NCBI GenBank assembly: GCA_963662945.1
Contig: OY759974.1
Coordinates: 1,984,001 to 2,048,000, forward strand
DNA from: Arcobacteraceae bacterium
GTDB lineage: Bacteria > Campylobacterota > Campylobacteria > Campylobacterales > Arcobacteraceae
Direction: 5' to 3'
Length of the DNA stretch: 64,000 bases
Under the pieces are notes generated by a model. The model did no database searches, was not told the DNA's origin, and worked only from the letters and a program-made list of their open reading frames with translations. The translations under genes and the position numbers were made by a program. Positions 1 through 9,306 of the stretch are shown here, piece after piece (the first letter of the stretch is position 1; every line of letters starts with the position of its first letter).

Positions 1-369
1 CATAGTTCCTTTGTCTCCAACAAGTGAGTTTTTGAGTTTTTCTAAAATATCTTTAAAATCAAGATTTATCATCACATCTGGATGAGTATGTACATCAACT
101 CCTGCATCACTTAAAGATTTTAAAAATACAAAATATTCATCTACCTCTTTTAGGTTTCCAGGATTGATTCTACTGATAACAATAGTTGCAGTTGATTTGA
201 TATATTTGTATAATTCAAGTTTTCTTTTTGGATTGTAAAAAACAACTTCACCATCTATATTGGCTATGTTTTTTAATGATTTTAAAATTGGTTTTGTATC
301 TGGTCTAAAGCCGTCGAAATTTTTGTCACTACCTTTTGCATACTCTATAATAATTGCATATCTCTTCAA
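1..369 (-). CDS. Cj0069-family protein (ATP-grasp-like), 5' part; runs off window start
   Basis: Not in ORF track. TTG at 369 with AGGA RBS upstream; translates MKRYAIIIEYAKGSDKNFDGFRPDTKPI...SRINPGNL...HPDVMINLDFKDIL, resembling the GSDK..DG.R.DT.P / SR.NPG / HPD.M motifs of Cj0069-like proteins. Confidence 0.65.
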   Translation of the reverse strand, partial: MKRYAIIIEYAKGSDKNFDGFRPDTKPILKSLKNIANIDGEVVFYNPKRKLELYKYIKSTATIVISRINPGNLKEVDEYFVFLKSLSDAGVDVHTHPDVMINLDFKDILEKLKNSLVGDKGTM

Positions 370-380
370 TAATATTTCCT

Positions 381-578
381 TTAGTATTCTAGTTCTTTTT
401 CAATTTTTTCAATAGTTTTTTTAATGATTAGAATCTCTTCTTGTGATTCTTCATCTTTTTTACCATCTAAGTCTTTGAGTTTTTCTTTCATCTTTAGAAG
501 TATCTCTTCATGGAGGAGTTTTTTAGTATCTTTTTTTTTGAGAAGTTTTTTGATTTTTTCTCGAAGTTTATGAAACAT
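381..578 (-). CDS. small charged hypothetical protein
   Basis: 65 aa ORF packed between neighbours (3 and 11 nt gaps) on the same strand. Confidence 0.6.
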   Translation of the reverse strand: MFHKLREKIKKLLKKKDTKKLLHEEILLKMKEKLKDLDGKKDEESQEEILIIKKTIEKIEKELEY

Positions 579-581
579 AAC

Positions 582-830
582 TTAGGCAGCTTCTAACTCA
601 TAAAGGTCAATAAGTTTTTCTGTTTTATTTATAAAATCTATCAGGATAAATTTATCCCATCCATAGTCATTTGCTACTTCTACAATATAATCTTCATCAT
701 CAATATTATTTAAACAATAAATATCTAAATCACACTCAGTAGGTACCATCACAGCTTCATAACTATTTGCTTTTGCCTGTGATATATCTGCACTATAATG
801 TGATTTGATTTTGTTTAGATTGATTTTCAT
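582..830 (-). CDS. small acidic hypothetical protein
   Basis: 82 aa ORF, AAGGAAG RBS, first gene after a clear promoter. Confidence 0.7.
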   Translation of the reverse strand: MKINLNKIKSHYSADISQAKANSYEAVMVPTECDLDIYCLNNIDDEDYIVEVANDYGWDKFILIDFINKTEKLIDLYELEAA

Positions 831-856
831 AATCTTCCTTTGTTTTAAGTTGGAAG

Positions 857-910
857 ATTATAAAAGAAGTTGATTGCAATTTGATTACTAGAAGGTTACT
901 GTTTGATTAC
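857..910 (-). promoter_or_regulatory. Pho-box-like promoter with four 11-bp-phased repeats
   Basis: Minus strand: GTAATC-aaaca-GTAACC-ttcta-GTAATC-aaatt-GCAATC-N9-TATAAT. Confidence 0.8.
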
Positions 911-932
911 ATTTAAGTAAGTGAGATTGTAT

Positions 933-2747
933 CTATATTGGAATAATAATTTTAAAATTTGCACCTTTGAAATTTTGATTTTCATAGCTATATGCTTCAT
1001 TTGTAGCTATTATTTTTCCATTGAATCTATTTGTAATAATTTGGTAACTCATATAAAGTCCAAGACCTGTTCCTTGAGAGTTGTGTTTTGTTGTAAAATA
1101 GGGATCAAATATTTTATCTATTATTTTTTCAGAAATACCACCTGCATTGTCTTTGATAGAGATAACTGCATTATTATCTTCTTTGTATGTTGATACAAAA
1201 ATGAGTCTATTTGTTTCTCGATGTTCTTTGAGTGCATCTTTTGCATTATTTAATACGTTGATAACTACTTGTAAAAGTTCATTTTCATTATTATTAATCA
1301 AGATATCTTCAAAATTTGAAATGATTTCAATATCATTATTTGAAAATGCTTTTCCAAACATATCAAAGTTTTTTGTGATAATATCTTTGATATTAAATTC
1401 TTGATTATTTTGTTGTGGTTTAAGATAATTCTGAAAATCATCTATAGTTTTTGAGAGAAATTGCACTGTATCATTTACTTTAGTTAAATTTTCTGATAAT
1501 TCATTTTTTTCTACATCCAGTCCATATTCTAGTTTAAAGTTAAGTCCAGTTACAGATGCACTAATAACACTTAAAGGCTGTCTCCATTGGTGGGCAATAT
1601 TTCCTATCATCTCTCCCATACTTGCCATTTTTGCTTGTTGGTATAAGAGTATATCTTTTTGTCTTAGTTGTTCTTCTGCTATTTTTCGTTCACTTATATC
1701 TCTTGATGCTGCATATAAATACATCGTATCATTAAGCATAACTCCTGCCGTTCTAATCTCTACTGGGAATGTTGAACCATCTTTTCGAGTATGGCGTGCT
1801 TCAAAAGTTGTGGGATGTTTGATTAATTTAGAGATTTCATTAAGTTTAAAATTATGATCCCAATCTAAAACATTTAAAGTCTGAATTTCTTCATCTGTAT
1901 ATCCTAATGAAGTTGTAAATGAATCACTATACATAATGAGTTTTCCATCAGCATCTAAAATATGAATAGCATCACCAGCATTTTCTAAAATTGTTTTTAC
2001 TCGACTGTTTTCATCGTGTAGTGAATGTATTAAATCTTGTTGAATTTTGTTTTGTTTTTGTATAGTTGAAAGTTGGTTTGTAATTTGAATAATCATTTTA
2101 TTAAAAGTTTTAGCCAATAATCCTATTTCATCATTTGTATTTATATTTAACTTTACATCATAATTATTATTGGCAATGTTTTCAGCAGCATTTGTTAAAA
2201 GCAAGAGATGTTTTGTAAGGAGATAACCTATCGAAAAAAGTAAAACAATACTCAATATAATTTCAAATAAGGCGATAATAAAACTTTGTGTAATAAGTTC
2301 ATCTTTCGCATTTTGAAGAAAAGTTGTATCGATACCAAAATATACTTCTCCAAAGTTTTGTTCTTGAAAACTAACAGTGGTTTTTGTATTGTAAACTAAT
2401 GAATCTGCATTAAATTCGGTATCTATTTTGGGAATGGCGTTCTTTGAATTCCAGTTTGATGAAGCAATAATATGTTGATCTTTTTCAATAAAGATATATA
2501 CTATTTTTTTTGAGTTTGTATATTCTTTTAAAATAGAATCCAAACTGGCATAATCTCTTTCAGCAAGTAAGGGTAATAATGAAGCTTGAAAGTTCGCTTT
2601 TATCTCTTGAAGTTGTATTTTTGCTTGAGAGGTAAGATGGTTTTCTATAAGTCTTAAACTATTCATAATAAGTAGACTTAATATAGTTACTTCTATAATG
2701 ATAGAGAATATTATAAGTTTAAATCGTATACTTTTAAAAAAATTCAT
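933..2747 (-). CDS. membrane sensor histidine kinase (HAMP-PAS-HisKA-HATPase)
   Basis: Two TM segments, DEIGLLA HAMP, PAS (RKDGSTFPVE), H-box IAHQWRQP, NAKDA, DNAGG, GTGLGL. Confidence 0.93.
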   Translation of the reverse strand: MNFFKSIRFKLIIFSIIIEVTILSLLIMNSLRLIENHLTSQAKIQLQEIKANFQASLLPLLAERDYASLDSILKEYTNSKKIVYIFIEKDQHIIASSNWNSKNAIPKIDTEFNADSLVYNTKTTVSFQEQNFGEVYFGIDTTFLQNAKDELITQSFIIALFEIILSIVLLFSIGYLLTKHLLLLTNAAENIANNNYDVKLNINTNDEIGLLAKTFNKMIIQITNQLSTIQKQNKIQQDLIHSLHDENSRVKTILENAGDAIHILDADGKLIMYSDSFTTSLGYTDEEIQTLNVLDWDHNFKLNEISKLIKHPTTFEARHTRKDGSTFPVEIRTAGVMLNDTMYLYAASRDISERKIAEEQLRQKDILLYQQAKMASMGEMIGNIAHQWRQPLSVISASVTGLNFKLEYGLDVEKNELSENLTKVNDTVQFLSKTIDDFQNYLKPQQNNQEFNIKDIITKNFDMFGKAFSNNDIEIISNFEDILINNNENELLQVVINVLNNAKDALKEHRETNRLIFVSTYKEDNNAVISIKDNAGGISEKIIDKIFDPYFTTKHNSQGTGLGLYMSYQIITNRFNGKIIATNEAYSYENQNFKGANFKIIIPI

Positions 2748-3571
2748 TTGATGTTTAAAAACCCTTTAGTCTCTTCTAAAACGGGAGACATTGCTTCTAG
2801 ATCCTGTTTTGAAATTTCAATGTAGCCTTTATATCCTGTTTTTGTAAAAAAAACTTGTCCCGTGTTAGATTGTTCAAATGCTAATAAAGCATTTTTTAAC
2901 AGTTCGATTTTTTCTTTTGATAACTGTGGATTAGCTATAGTAAAAAGATGTGGCATTGAAAAACCAGATGGAAAAATTTTGATTTCACTTTGAATATCTT
3001 TGTTTGTTAGTTGTTTAATCGGTGTATATGTTGTAATTGCAGCATCTGAATCACCTAATATCACACTTTTTATAGCACTAGTATGTGAGTTTGAGTTAAT
3101 CAGTTTAAAATCAACATTATTTTTAAATCCTTCATCTAGAAGTGCTTTAATTCCTCCAATTGAAGATACAGAAAGATAATTTGACATTGAGATTTTTGTA
3201 TTTTTTAAATCTTTTACTTTGAAGTATGGACTATTTTTTAATACTACAAAAAGAGGTTCTAATTGTGTATTGTATCTAAATAGGGGAATAAACCCATCTT
3301 GTATATGTATAAGACCAAAATGTGGCCCTGTTATGATAATATCGAATTGACCTTTTTTTGTATCTTCAAAAAAATGTTCATAACTATTCGCTGTATATAT
3401 TTCAACTTTCTGTTGTAGTTTATTTTCTAAGAACTGTTTATATGGTTGATAAACTTTAAGTATTTTGAGAGTATCTGTGTAGGGTAAAATACCTATTTTA
3501 ATAGTATCTGCTGCAAAAGAAGAAGTTACAAATAAAAAAAATGAGAAGATGATATTTTTGAATAGTGACAT
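2744..3571 (-). CDS. PhnD/SsuA-like periplasmic phosphate/phosphonate-binding protein
   Basis: Signal peptide, GILPY...Y.P...LE..L pattern, S-S..G loop and SH..AI..V..G..DAA; 4-nt overlap with kinase. Confidence 0.8.
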   Translation of the reverse strand: MSLFKNIIFSFFLFVTSSFAADTIKIGILPYTDTLKILKVYQPYKQFLENKLQQKVEIYTANSYEHFFEDTKKGQFDIIITGPHFGLIHIQDGFIPLFRYNTQLEPLFVVLKNSPYFKVKDLKNTKISMSNYLSVSSIGGIKALLDEGFKNNVDFKLINSNSHTSAIKSVILGDSDAAITTYTPIKQLTNKDIQSEIKIFPSGFSMPHLFTIANPQLSKEKIELLKNALLAFEQSNTGQVFFTKTGYKGYIEISKQDLEAMSPVLEETKGFLNIK

Positions 3572-3663
3572 AAGATACCTTACATGAAAAAATATACTAA
3601 GATTATATGATAAAAATAATGTATTATTCTTTAAATATCTTAAAAAAGTAAAATGAGGTAATA

Positions 3664-5370
3664 TTACCCCATATATCGTTCAAGTTTAGATTTTTTTATT
3701 TTTTCTAGTTCTACTACAATAAAACTATCAATACAGTTTGAAAAATCTGGGTCTATGTTAAAATCATAGAACTTAATTCCTCCATCTTCACAGAGTTCAC
3801 TATATTGTTTATAAAGTGTTGGTACAGTTAAATCCATACCTTTAAGTTTTGTTTTTAAAAGCTTGAAGTCCTCTTTGTAGTCATCATAAGTAAAAGGATT
3901 TTCTAAAGCTATTGCTTGTGTTTCAAATTCAAAAGGAAGATTTGCTTCTACAAGTTTATCTTCACTTCCAAAATAATTGCTATAAAAATCTACAATTAAC
4001 TCTTTTGCATATTGTGGATAATTTCCACTAAGGCTTACAGGTCCAAACATATATTTAACTTCTGGATTATGTTTTAAATATGCACCAATTCCATACCAAA
4101 GATAATCTAAAGCACGTGTGCCCCAATATTTTGGTTGTACAAAACTTCTTCCTAGTTCAATAGAGTTATCAAGATATTTGATGAATGGTTTTTTAAATCT
4201 AAAAAGTGTATTTGAGTAAAAACCATATTTTCCATAAGTTGCATTTATAGATTTTCCTTCACCAATTCTATAAGCACCAACAATTTCTAAATCTTCATCA
4301 TCCCATAAAACAATGTGTTTATAATATTGGTCATATTGGTCTAAGTCTCTTTTTTTATTGACACCTTCATTTACTTTTCTAAAGCTTAGTTCTCTTAATC
4401 TTCCTATTTCATTCATAACAGCACTATTTTCTACATAGTCATACAGATAAATTTTTTTCTTATCTGAGGTTTCCCCAATAAGTTGAGAGTTTTTAAGCTC
4501 TTTTTTTAGATTTTGTCTATTTTCACTATGAGCTATAGTATTGATTGTTGTAAAATATTGTTTTTTCCCTTTTTTTAGTCCATAAAGATGTTTTTTATAT
4601 TGATCTACAAGACTTAATTTTTTTGAAGTATTATCTAAAATATTTTCATAAGATATTAGTTTTCCAACTTTTACAGTGATGTTTTTGTCTCTTTGTTTAA
4701 ACATTTCATCCGATAAAAGAATAGTTGAAAATGTTTTATTTAAAATTGAAACTGTATAAAATGTTTTAGAATTTTTTGCATCTACAAGTATTGGTAGAAT
4801 AGGGCTTTTTGAACGTTTTGCAAAGTTTAAAAAACCTTTTTGCCATTTTCCATCTTTGATTCCTGTAGGAGAAACACGACTTACTTCTCCAGCTGGAAAT
4901 ATGATTACTGCTTCATCATTGTCTAGTGCTTCATATATTTTTTTGATATTATCTTTTGATTGTTTTGTTTTAAAATTATCAATTTTGATAAATAGTGAGT
5001 TTAAAGAATCGATACCTGCTAGAAAGTCATTTGCAACAATTCTTACATCTTTTCGAACACTTCCTACAAGTTTTAATAAACAAAGTGCATCTAAAGCTCC
5101 AAGTGGATGATTTGAAATAATAACAACTCTTCCTGAAGATGGAATATTTTCAATATCTTTACTTGAATAAGAAAAATCAAATTTAAAATAATCTAACACT
5201 GCTTCAACAAATTCAAACCCTTTAAGATGGGAATGTTTTTTTAAAAAATCATTTATTTTATCTTCATGTACAAGTTTTTGTGCTATTTTGAACAAAGACT
5301 TTTGTAACATTGGTGTTTTTGAACTAAGTTTTGGAAATTTATTTATTATCTCTTTTTCGATATTTATCAT
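3664..5370 (-). CDS. olsF: bifunctional acyltransferase, OlsF-like ornithine lipid synthase (PlsC-type + GNAT/OlsB domains)
   Basis: NHPLGALD and FPAGEVSR acyltransferase motifs; C-terminal GRLRELSFR, DLDQYD, ELGRSFV, LWYGIG, PTLYKQY, FNIDPDF. Confidence 0.78.
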   Translation of the reverse strand: MINIEKEIINKFPKLSSKTPMLQKSLFKIAQKLVHEDKINDFLKKHSHLKGFEFVEAVLDYFKFDFSYSSKDIENIPSSGRVVIISNHPLGALDALCLLKLVGSVRKDVRIVANDFLAGIDSLNSLFIKIDNFKTKQSKDNIKKIYEALDNDEAVIIFPAGEVSRVSPTGIKDGKWQKGFLNFAKRSKSPILPILVDAKNSKTFYTVSILNKTFSTILLSDEMFKQRDKNITVKVGKLISYENILDNTSKKLSLVDQYKKHLYGLKKGKKQYFTTINTIAHSENRQNLKKELKNSQLIGETSDKKKIYLYDYVENSAVMNEIGRLRELSFRKVNEGVNKKRDLDQYDQYYKHIVLWDDEDLEIVGAYRIGEGKSINATYGKYGFYSNTLFRFKKPFIKYLDNSIELGRSFVQPKYWGTRALDYLWYGIGAYLKHNPEVKYMFGPVSLSGNYPQYAKELIVDFYSNYFGSEDKLVEANLPFEFETQAIALENPFTYDDYKEDFKLLKTKLKGMDLTVPTLYKQYSELCEDGGIKFYDFNIDPDFSNCIDSFIVVELEKIKKSKLERYMG

Positions 5371-5395
5371 CTATTACTCCACATTATAATATGGA

Positions 5396-5427
5396 ATTAT
5401 AAAACAGACAAATTACTTTTTGATTAC
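5396..5427 (-). promoter_or_regulatory. Pho-box-like promoter of olsF-like gene
   Basis: GTAATC-aaaaa-GTAATT-N9-TATAAT. Confidence 0.75.
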
Positions 5428-7176
5428 AGAAGAATCTTCATTTATAGATATACCCAGTGGTGTGAGATATTTTTTAGATTCTTTTTTTATTATCCCTAAA
5501 ACTTTATCTAAATCTGTATGTGTCTTAGGATTTTGAATCTCTATTATAGCACTACAAACACCTAGAAGTTTGAATTTTCTTAGTACTCCAAATCTATCTT
5601 TTGTTTGGATAAATTCATTTTCTTTATCAACAGCATTATATAATTCTTTTACTTGATTACGAAATTTGATTTGTATATTATTAATAGTATTATACACATC
5701 TTCATAGGCTTGATTAACAAAACCTACAAAAAAATCATCACCACCAATATGTGCTATAAAAGTATCTTTAGTTAACTCTTTTTTTAAAATATCAGTAAAC
5801 AAAATTATAGCTCTATCCCCTTGCCTGAAACCATAAATATCATTAAAAGGTTTAAAATCATTAAAGTCAAAATATACAATATGGTATGTTTTATTCTCTT
5901 CACAATGTAAAGCATTGGTAATGTAAAGTTCAATTTGTCTATTTCCAGGTAATTTACTCAATGGATTTTGATCTTTTGCTATTTCAATATTTCTATTATA
6001 AGAGATTGCTAAAAGATTATTTACATCAATAAAACCATAATATTGACTATTTTTAGTAATAAAAATACCATAAGAACTACTAGTATCCATATTATAAATT
6101 TCTAATATTTTATCAACTCCCCATGTTATTTCTGAAGAGATTGTATCTTTAATGAATTTTTTTAATTTTTCATTTGTTTTATCATTTTTTGCCAAAGAAA
6201 CACCAAATTGTGAGTAAGATAATTCTTTAATATCTTTTTCATAGATAACACCATAAAGTTGACCTATTTTATCAATTATTGGTACAAAAGTATTTGTAGG
6301 ATGATTTTTAAAATATTCAAAAAGGTCATTTAATGTAGCATCTAATTTTAATGGTTCTATAATCTCAATTTTTGATTTATCTACTATATTTGTAGTATAG
6401 CTTCTTTGATCATTTTTATATAAATCACTGATATAATGATATTTCATTCTTATTTTTGAAATATCAGTTTTAGGTTTTTGGATAAGATATCCTTGTACCA
6501 AATCTACACCAATATCTTTACAAGTGAGATATTCTTCTTTAGTTTCTACACCTTCTGCTATAACTTTCATACTCATAATATGTGCCATATTTATAATAGA
6601 GGAACAAAACAACCTTTTTTTTGCATCTTTTTGAATATTTTGGATGAAAAATCTATCGAGTTTTATAAATTTTGCTTGTGCATAATAAAGAAGTTGTAAA
6701 CCAGCAATACCTGTTCCAAAATCATCTATTGCTATATCATATCCCTCTTGTTGGTATCTTGTAACCATATTAGTTATAGAACTTGGGTCTTGAAGAGTTC
6801 CTCTTTCACTCAGTTCAAAACAGATTGATTTTTTATCAAAATTAAGTTCTTCTAAAATATTTGAAGTATTTCCAGTCGTAAAATCTGGCATATACATTAT
6901 TCTGTTGTCAAGATTATAGAACATTTGTAAGTTTTCTATCTCTATTTTAGAAAATTTTTTTAAAGCCATTGCTCGTAATTCTAAATCTAGTTGATAAAGC
7001 ATTGCATCGTGAAATGCTTCATCAAAAAGATTAAAAATAGAATAGAAACCTCCAGCTTCATGATAATTTCGTAAAAGTGCTTCTACAGCATAGATCTTTC
7101 CACTTTTTACATTTACTATTGGTTGAAAAGCATAATCTAGTTTTGAAATGATAGTTGTCCATTTTTTATCTAACAT
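5413..7176 (-). CDS. EAL-(CBS-like)-GGDEF c-di-GMP enzyme
   Basis: VEALLR, IDDFGTG, IKLD, AEGVE, QGY; C-terminal DFNDFKPFNDIYG and HIGGDDF. Confidence 0.9.
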   Translation of the reverse strand: MLDKKWTTIISKLDYAFQPIVNVKSGKIYAVEALLRNYHEAGGFYSIFNLFDEAFHDAMLYQLDLELRAMALKKFSKIEIENLQMFYNLDNRIMYMPDFTTGNTSNILEELNFDKKSICFELSERGTLQDPSSITNMVTRYQQEGYDIAIDDFGTGIAGLQLLYYAQAKFIKLDRFFIQNIQKDAKKRLFCSSIINMAHIMSMKVIAEGVETKEEYLTCKDIGVDLVQGYLIQKPKTDISKIRMKYHYISDLYKNDQRSYTTNIVDKSKIEIIEPLKLDATLNDLFEYFKNHPTNTFVPIIDKIGQLYGVIYEKDIKELSYSQFGVSLAKNDKTNEKLKKFIKDTISSEITWGVDKILEIYNMDTSSSYGIFITKNSQYYGFIDVNNLLAISYNRNIEIAKDQNPLSKLPGNRQIELYITNALHCEENKTYHIVYFDFNDFKPFNDIYGFRQGDRAIILFTDILKKELTKDTFIAHIGGDDFFVGFVNQAYEDVYNTINNIQIKFRNQVKELYNAVDKENEFIQTKDRFGVLRKFKLLGVCSAIIEIQNPKTHTDLDKVLGIIKKESKKYLTPLGISINEDSSVIKK

Positions 7177-7205
7177 ATTTCATCCTTATGTTCAATACGA
7201 CTGAA

Positions 7206-7237
7206 ATTTTAGTAAAGAATAGTAACAGAATGATTAC
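7206..7237 (-). promoter_or_regulatory. Pho-box-like promoter of EAL-GGDEF gene
   Basis: GTAATC-attct-GTTACT-N9-TAAAAT. Confidence 0.68.
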
Positions 7238-8436
7238 ACTTTAGAGGTGAGTTTATTGTATCCTTTTTTTATATATTGAAGAAGAGGAAATTTGTAACGG
7301 ATAAAGACATATTGTTTGATACAATGACCAATAAAACCTTTTACTTGTACAAGACCATAAAGATCACATACAGCATATCTTCCACCTAAAGCTATCAATG
7401 TACCTTCGAGTTTTGGATTACAGGCATGGAGTTTTTTATTAGCAATTTGATTTAAAATATTTTGTGCAGAACAAATTCCACTTGCACGTGCAATTGTTAC
7501 ATTTGCAGGCATAATTTTCCCAGATTTATCTTTAACTTGAGCGATATCTCCTGCTGCAAAAATATCTTCATACCCTTCTACTTTAAGATATTCATCAACA
7601 ATTATTTGCCCTTTTTTATTTTTTGGTAAATTTGATTTTAAGATGAGGTTTGCCGCTTCAATACCACCTGCAAAAATTATAAATGAGTATTGAATTTTTG
7701 TGCCATTAGTAAGATAAAGATATTCTTTATCACAACTTTGCATTTTTGTATCAGTGATAATATTGATATCTAACTCTTTTAATCTTTCACTTGACATCCG
7801 AATCATTTTTGCATCAAATTCAGGTAATATGGTACTTCTTGAACTAATAAGAGAAATTTTAAAATTATCACAATGAAAACTTCCTCTTTTGAAAAACTGT
7901 TTTGCATAGTATGCCATTTCTGCTGCTATCTCAACTCCCGAAAGTCCAGCACCTACAACAGCAATGTGTGTTTTGTCACATTTTTTTGCTTCATCTTCTA
8001 TTTTGTTGAAAAGTTGTTTTTCAAAATTTTGTTTAAAATATAATGCTCTATGAAGTTTTTTTAAGTCATTTGTATTGTTCAATCCCTCAATATTTTGTGG
8101 GAAAAAAGTTCGTGTTCCAACACAAAGTAAAAGATAATCAAACTTAATAGTTTCTAATTCAGCGGTTGAAATTTGTTTATTAGTATAATCTATATCTGTA
8201 ACTCTTAGATTTTTATATTCTAAAAAAGGATGTTCAAATCCACTACAAAGAGAAGATAAATCAATAGTTACATCAGCTATTGTTCCCTTGTTTGCGATAA
8301 GATCATAAACTTCAGGTTGGAGATTATGATATGTATGTTTATCGATAAGTGTTATTTTGACATTTTTATTTTTTACGAGTTCTTTTAAGGCATAGATACC
8401 AGCGTATCCTCCACCAATTATTACAATATGTTTCAA
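7234..8436 (-). CDS. NAD(P)/FAD-dependent oxidoreductase, type II NADH dehydrogenase family
   Basis: IIGGGYAG, VVGAGLSGVEIAAE, IFAAGD; start moved to TTG 8436 (AGGT RBS) from track start 8481. Confidence 0.82.
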   Translation of the reverse strand: MKHIVIIGGGYAGIYALKELVKNKNVKITLIDKHTYHNLQPEVYDLIANKGTIADVTIDLSSLCSGFEHPFLEYKNLRVTDIDYTNKQISTAELETIKFDYLLLCVGTRTFFPQNIEGLNNTNDLKKLHRALYFKQNFEKQLFNKIEDEAKKCDKTHIAVVGAGLSGVEIAAEMAYYAKQFFKRGSFHCDNFKISLISSRSTILPEFDAKMIRMSSERLKELDINIITDTKMQSCDKEYLYLTNGTKIQYSFIIFAGGIEAANLILKSNLPKNKKGQIIVDEYLKVEGYEDIFAAGDIAQVKDKSGKIMPANVTIARASGICSAQNILNQIANKKLHACNPKLEGTLIALGGRYAVCDLYGLVQVKGFIGHCIKQYVFIRYKFPLLQYIKKGYNKLTSKV

Positions 8437-8466
8437 TTTTTTGTACCTATTTTTTAAAGTTTTGTT

Positions 8467-8498
8467 ATTATAACATAACAAGATTGCTAATTAGTTAC
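8467..8498 (-). promoter_or_regulatory. Pho-box-like promoter of NDH-2-like gene
   Basis: GTAACT-aatta-GCAATC-N9-TATAAT. Confidence 0.72.
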
Positions 8499-8522
8499 AA
8501 AAATTAAGAATTAGAATTTTGT

Positions 8523-8789
8523 TTAATCTTTATCTTTTTTCTTTTTTGAGAATCCTGCTCCCTCTTTTGTTTTTGCAGTTAGTTGTAAATCCTCAATTAA
8601 AGTTCTATAATCTACACCAGTTTTATGCATAGAAGAAAAACAAGTAACTATAACTGCAATAGCGTTTGGAACATCACCTTTTTTCTTGTATGCTTGTAAG
8701 TTTTTTTCACTTACTTTTATAAGTTTACTAAATTTTGGTAGGCTAATATCTGCATCTAATAGATGTTTTTTGAAGTCTATAAAAGTCAT
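8523..8789 (-). CDS. putative XRE-like HTH regulator
   Basis: FKKHLLDADISLPKFSKLIKVSEKNLQAYKKKGDVP has HTH-like periodicity; likely start ATG 8789. Confidence 0.55.
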   Translation of the reverse strand: MTFIDFKKHLLDADISLPKFSKLIKVSEKNLQAYKKKGDVPNAIAVIVTCFSSMHKTGVDYRTLIEDLQLTAKTKEGAGFSKKKKDKD

Positions 8790-8900
8790 AAGATTCCATT
8801 TGAATTGAATTATTTTTTGGAATTGTACCATATTTTATTACTATTATCAATATAAGTCATTCAGTTACAATTAAAGTAGATGATGTCATAATCACTATAA

Positions 8901-8921
8901 TTTATTACTAATAGTAATAAA
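8901..8921. promoter_or_regulatory. palindromic operator-like site (degenerate second copy at 8834-8854)
   Basis: TTTATTACTA-A-TAGTAATAAA perfect palindrome immediately after TATAAT (8896-8901). Confidence 0.55.
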
Positions 8922-8943
8922 ATTAATACATTAGGAGACCTTC

Positions 8944-9132
8944 ATGGCAAAAGAATTAAAGAAAAAAGCAGTAGCGAAAGTAGCTAAAAAAGCAGTAGCA
9001 AAAGCAGGTGTTAAAAAGAAAAATACTAAAAAAGTATTAAAAGTTGTTACAAAAGCAGTAGCAAAAAAATCACCAAAAAAAGTTAAAGTAGCAAAAAAAA
9101 TAGCAAAAAAAGCAGTTAAAAAAGCTGCATAA
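8944..9132 (+). CDS. Lys/Ala/Val-rich histone H1-like small basic protein
   Basis: AGGAG RBS, KKAVAK repeats, own -10 and downstream hairpin. Confidence 0.75.
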   Translation: MAKELKKKAVAKVAKKAVAKAGVKKKNTKKVLKVVTKAVAKKSPKKVKVAKKIAKKAVKKAA

Positions 9133-9138
9133 TTATTT

Positions 9139-9163
9139 GGTATAGACTTTCAAGGTCTATACT
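9139..9163 (+). terminator. hairpin after histone-like gene
   Basis: GTATAGAC-tttcaag-GTCTATAC, followed by pyrimidine-rich tract. Confidence 0.6.
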
Positions 9164-9179
9164 ATATCTCTTTTCATCT

Positions 9180-9211
9180 GTAACTTAAGTGTTATTTTCT
9201 TCAGATAATAT
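9180..9211 (+). promoter_or_regulatory. Pho-box-like promoter of DASS transporter
   Basis: GTAACT-taagt-GTTATT-N9-TAATAT. Confidence 0.55.
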
Positions 9212-9306
9212 TCTATAACTTATCTTAAAAATTATTTATTTTATTATAAAATTTACCTATACAATGATACAATCATATATTCTTAATTTTAGAGGACTTT
9301 ATTCTT

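Noticed and set aside
857-910. Short periodic repeats as a CRISPR array or iterons (also 15046-15082)
   Set aside because: Units are 6 nt with 5-nt spacers; no cas or rep genes; the position matches a promoter
3572-3663. Pho-like boxes expected upstream of the PhnD-like genes at 3571 and 56523
   Set aside because: TATAAT is present but no phased GTAAY pair was seen at the required distance in either region
8822-8852. GTAATA near TACAAT upstream of the XRE-like gene as a Pho box
   Set aside because: 8-nt spacing and no second phased box; better explained as part of the palindromic operator
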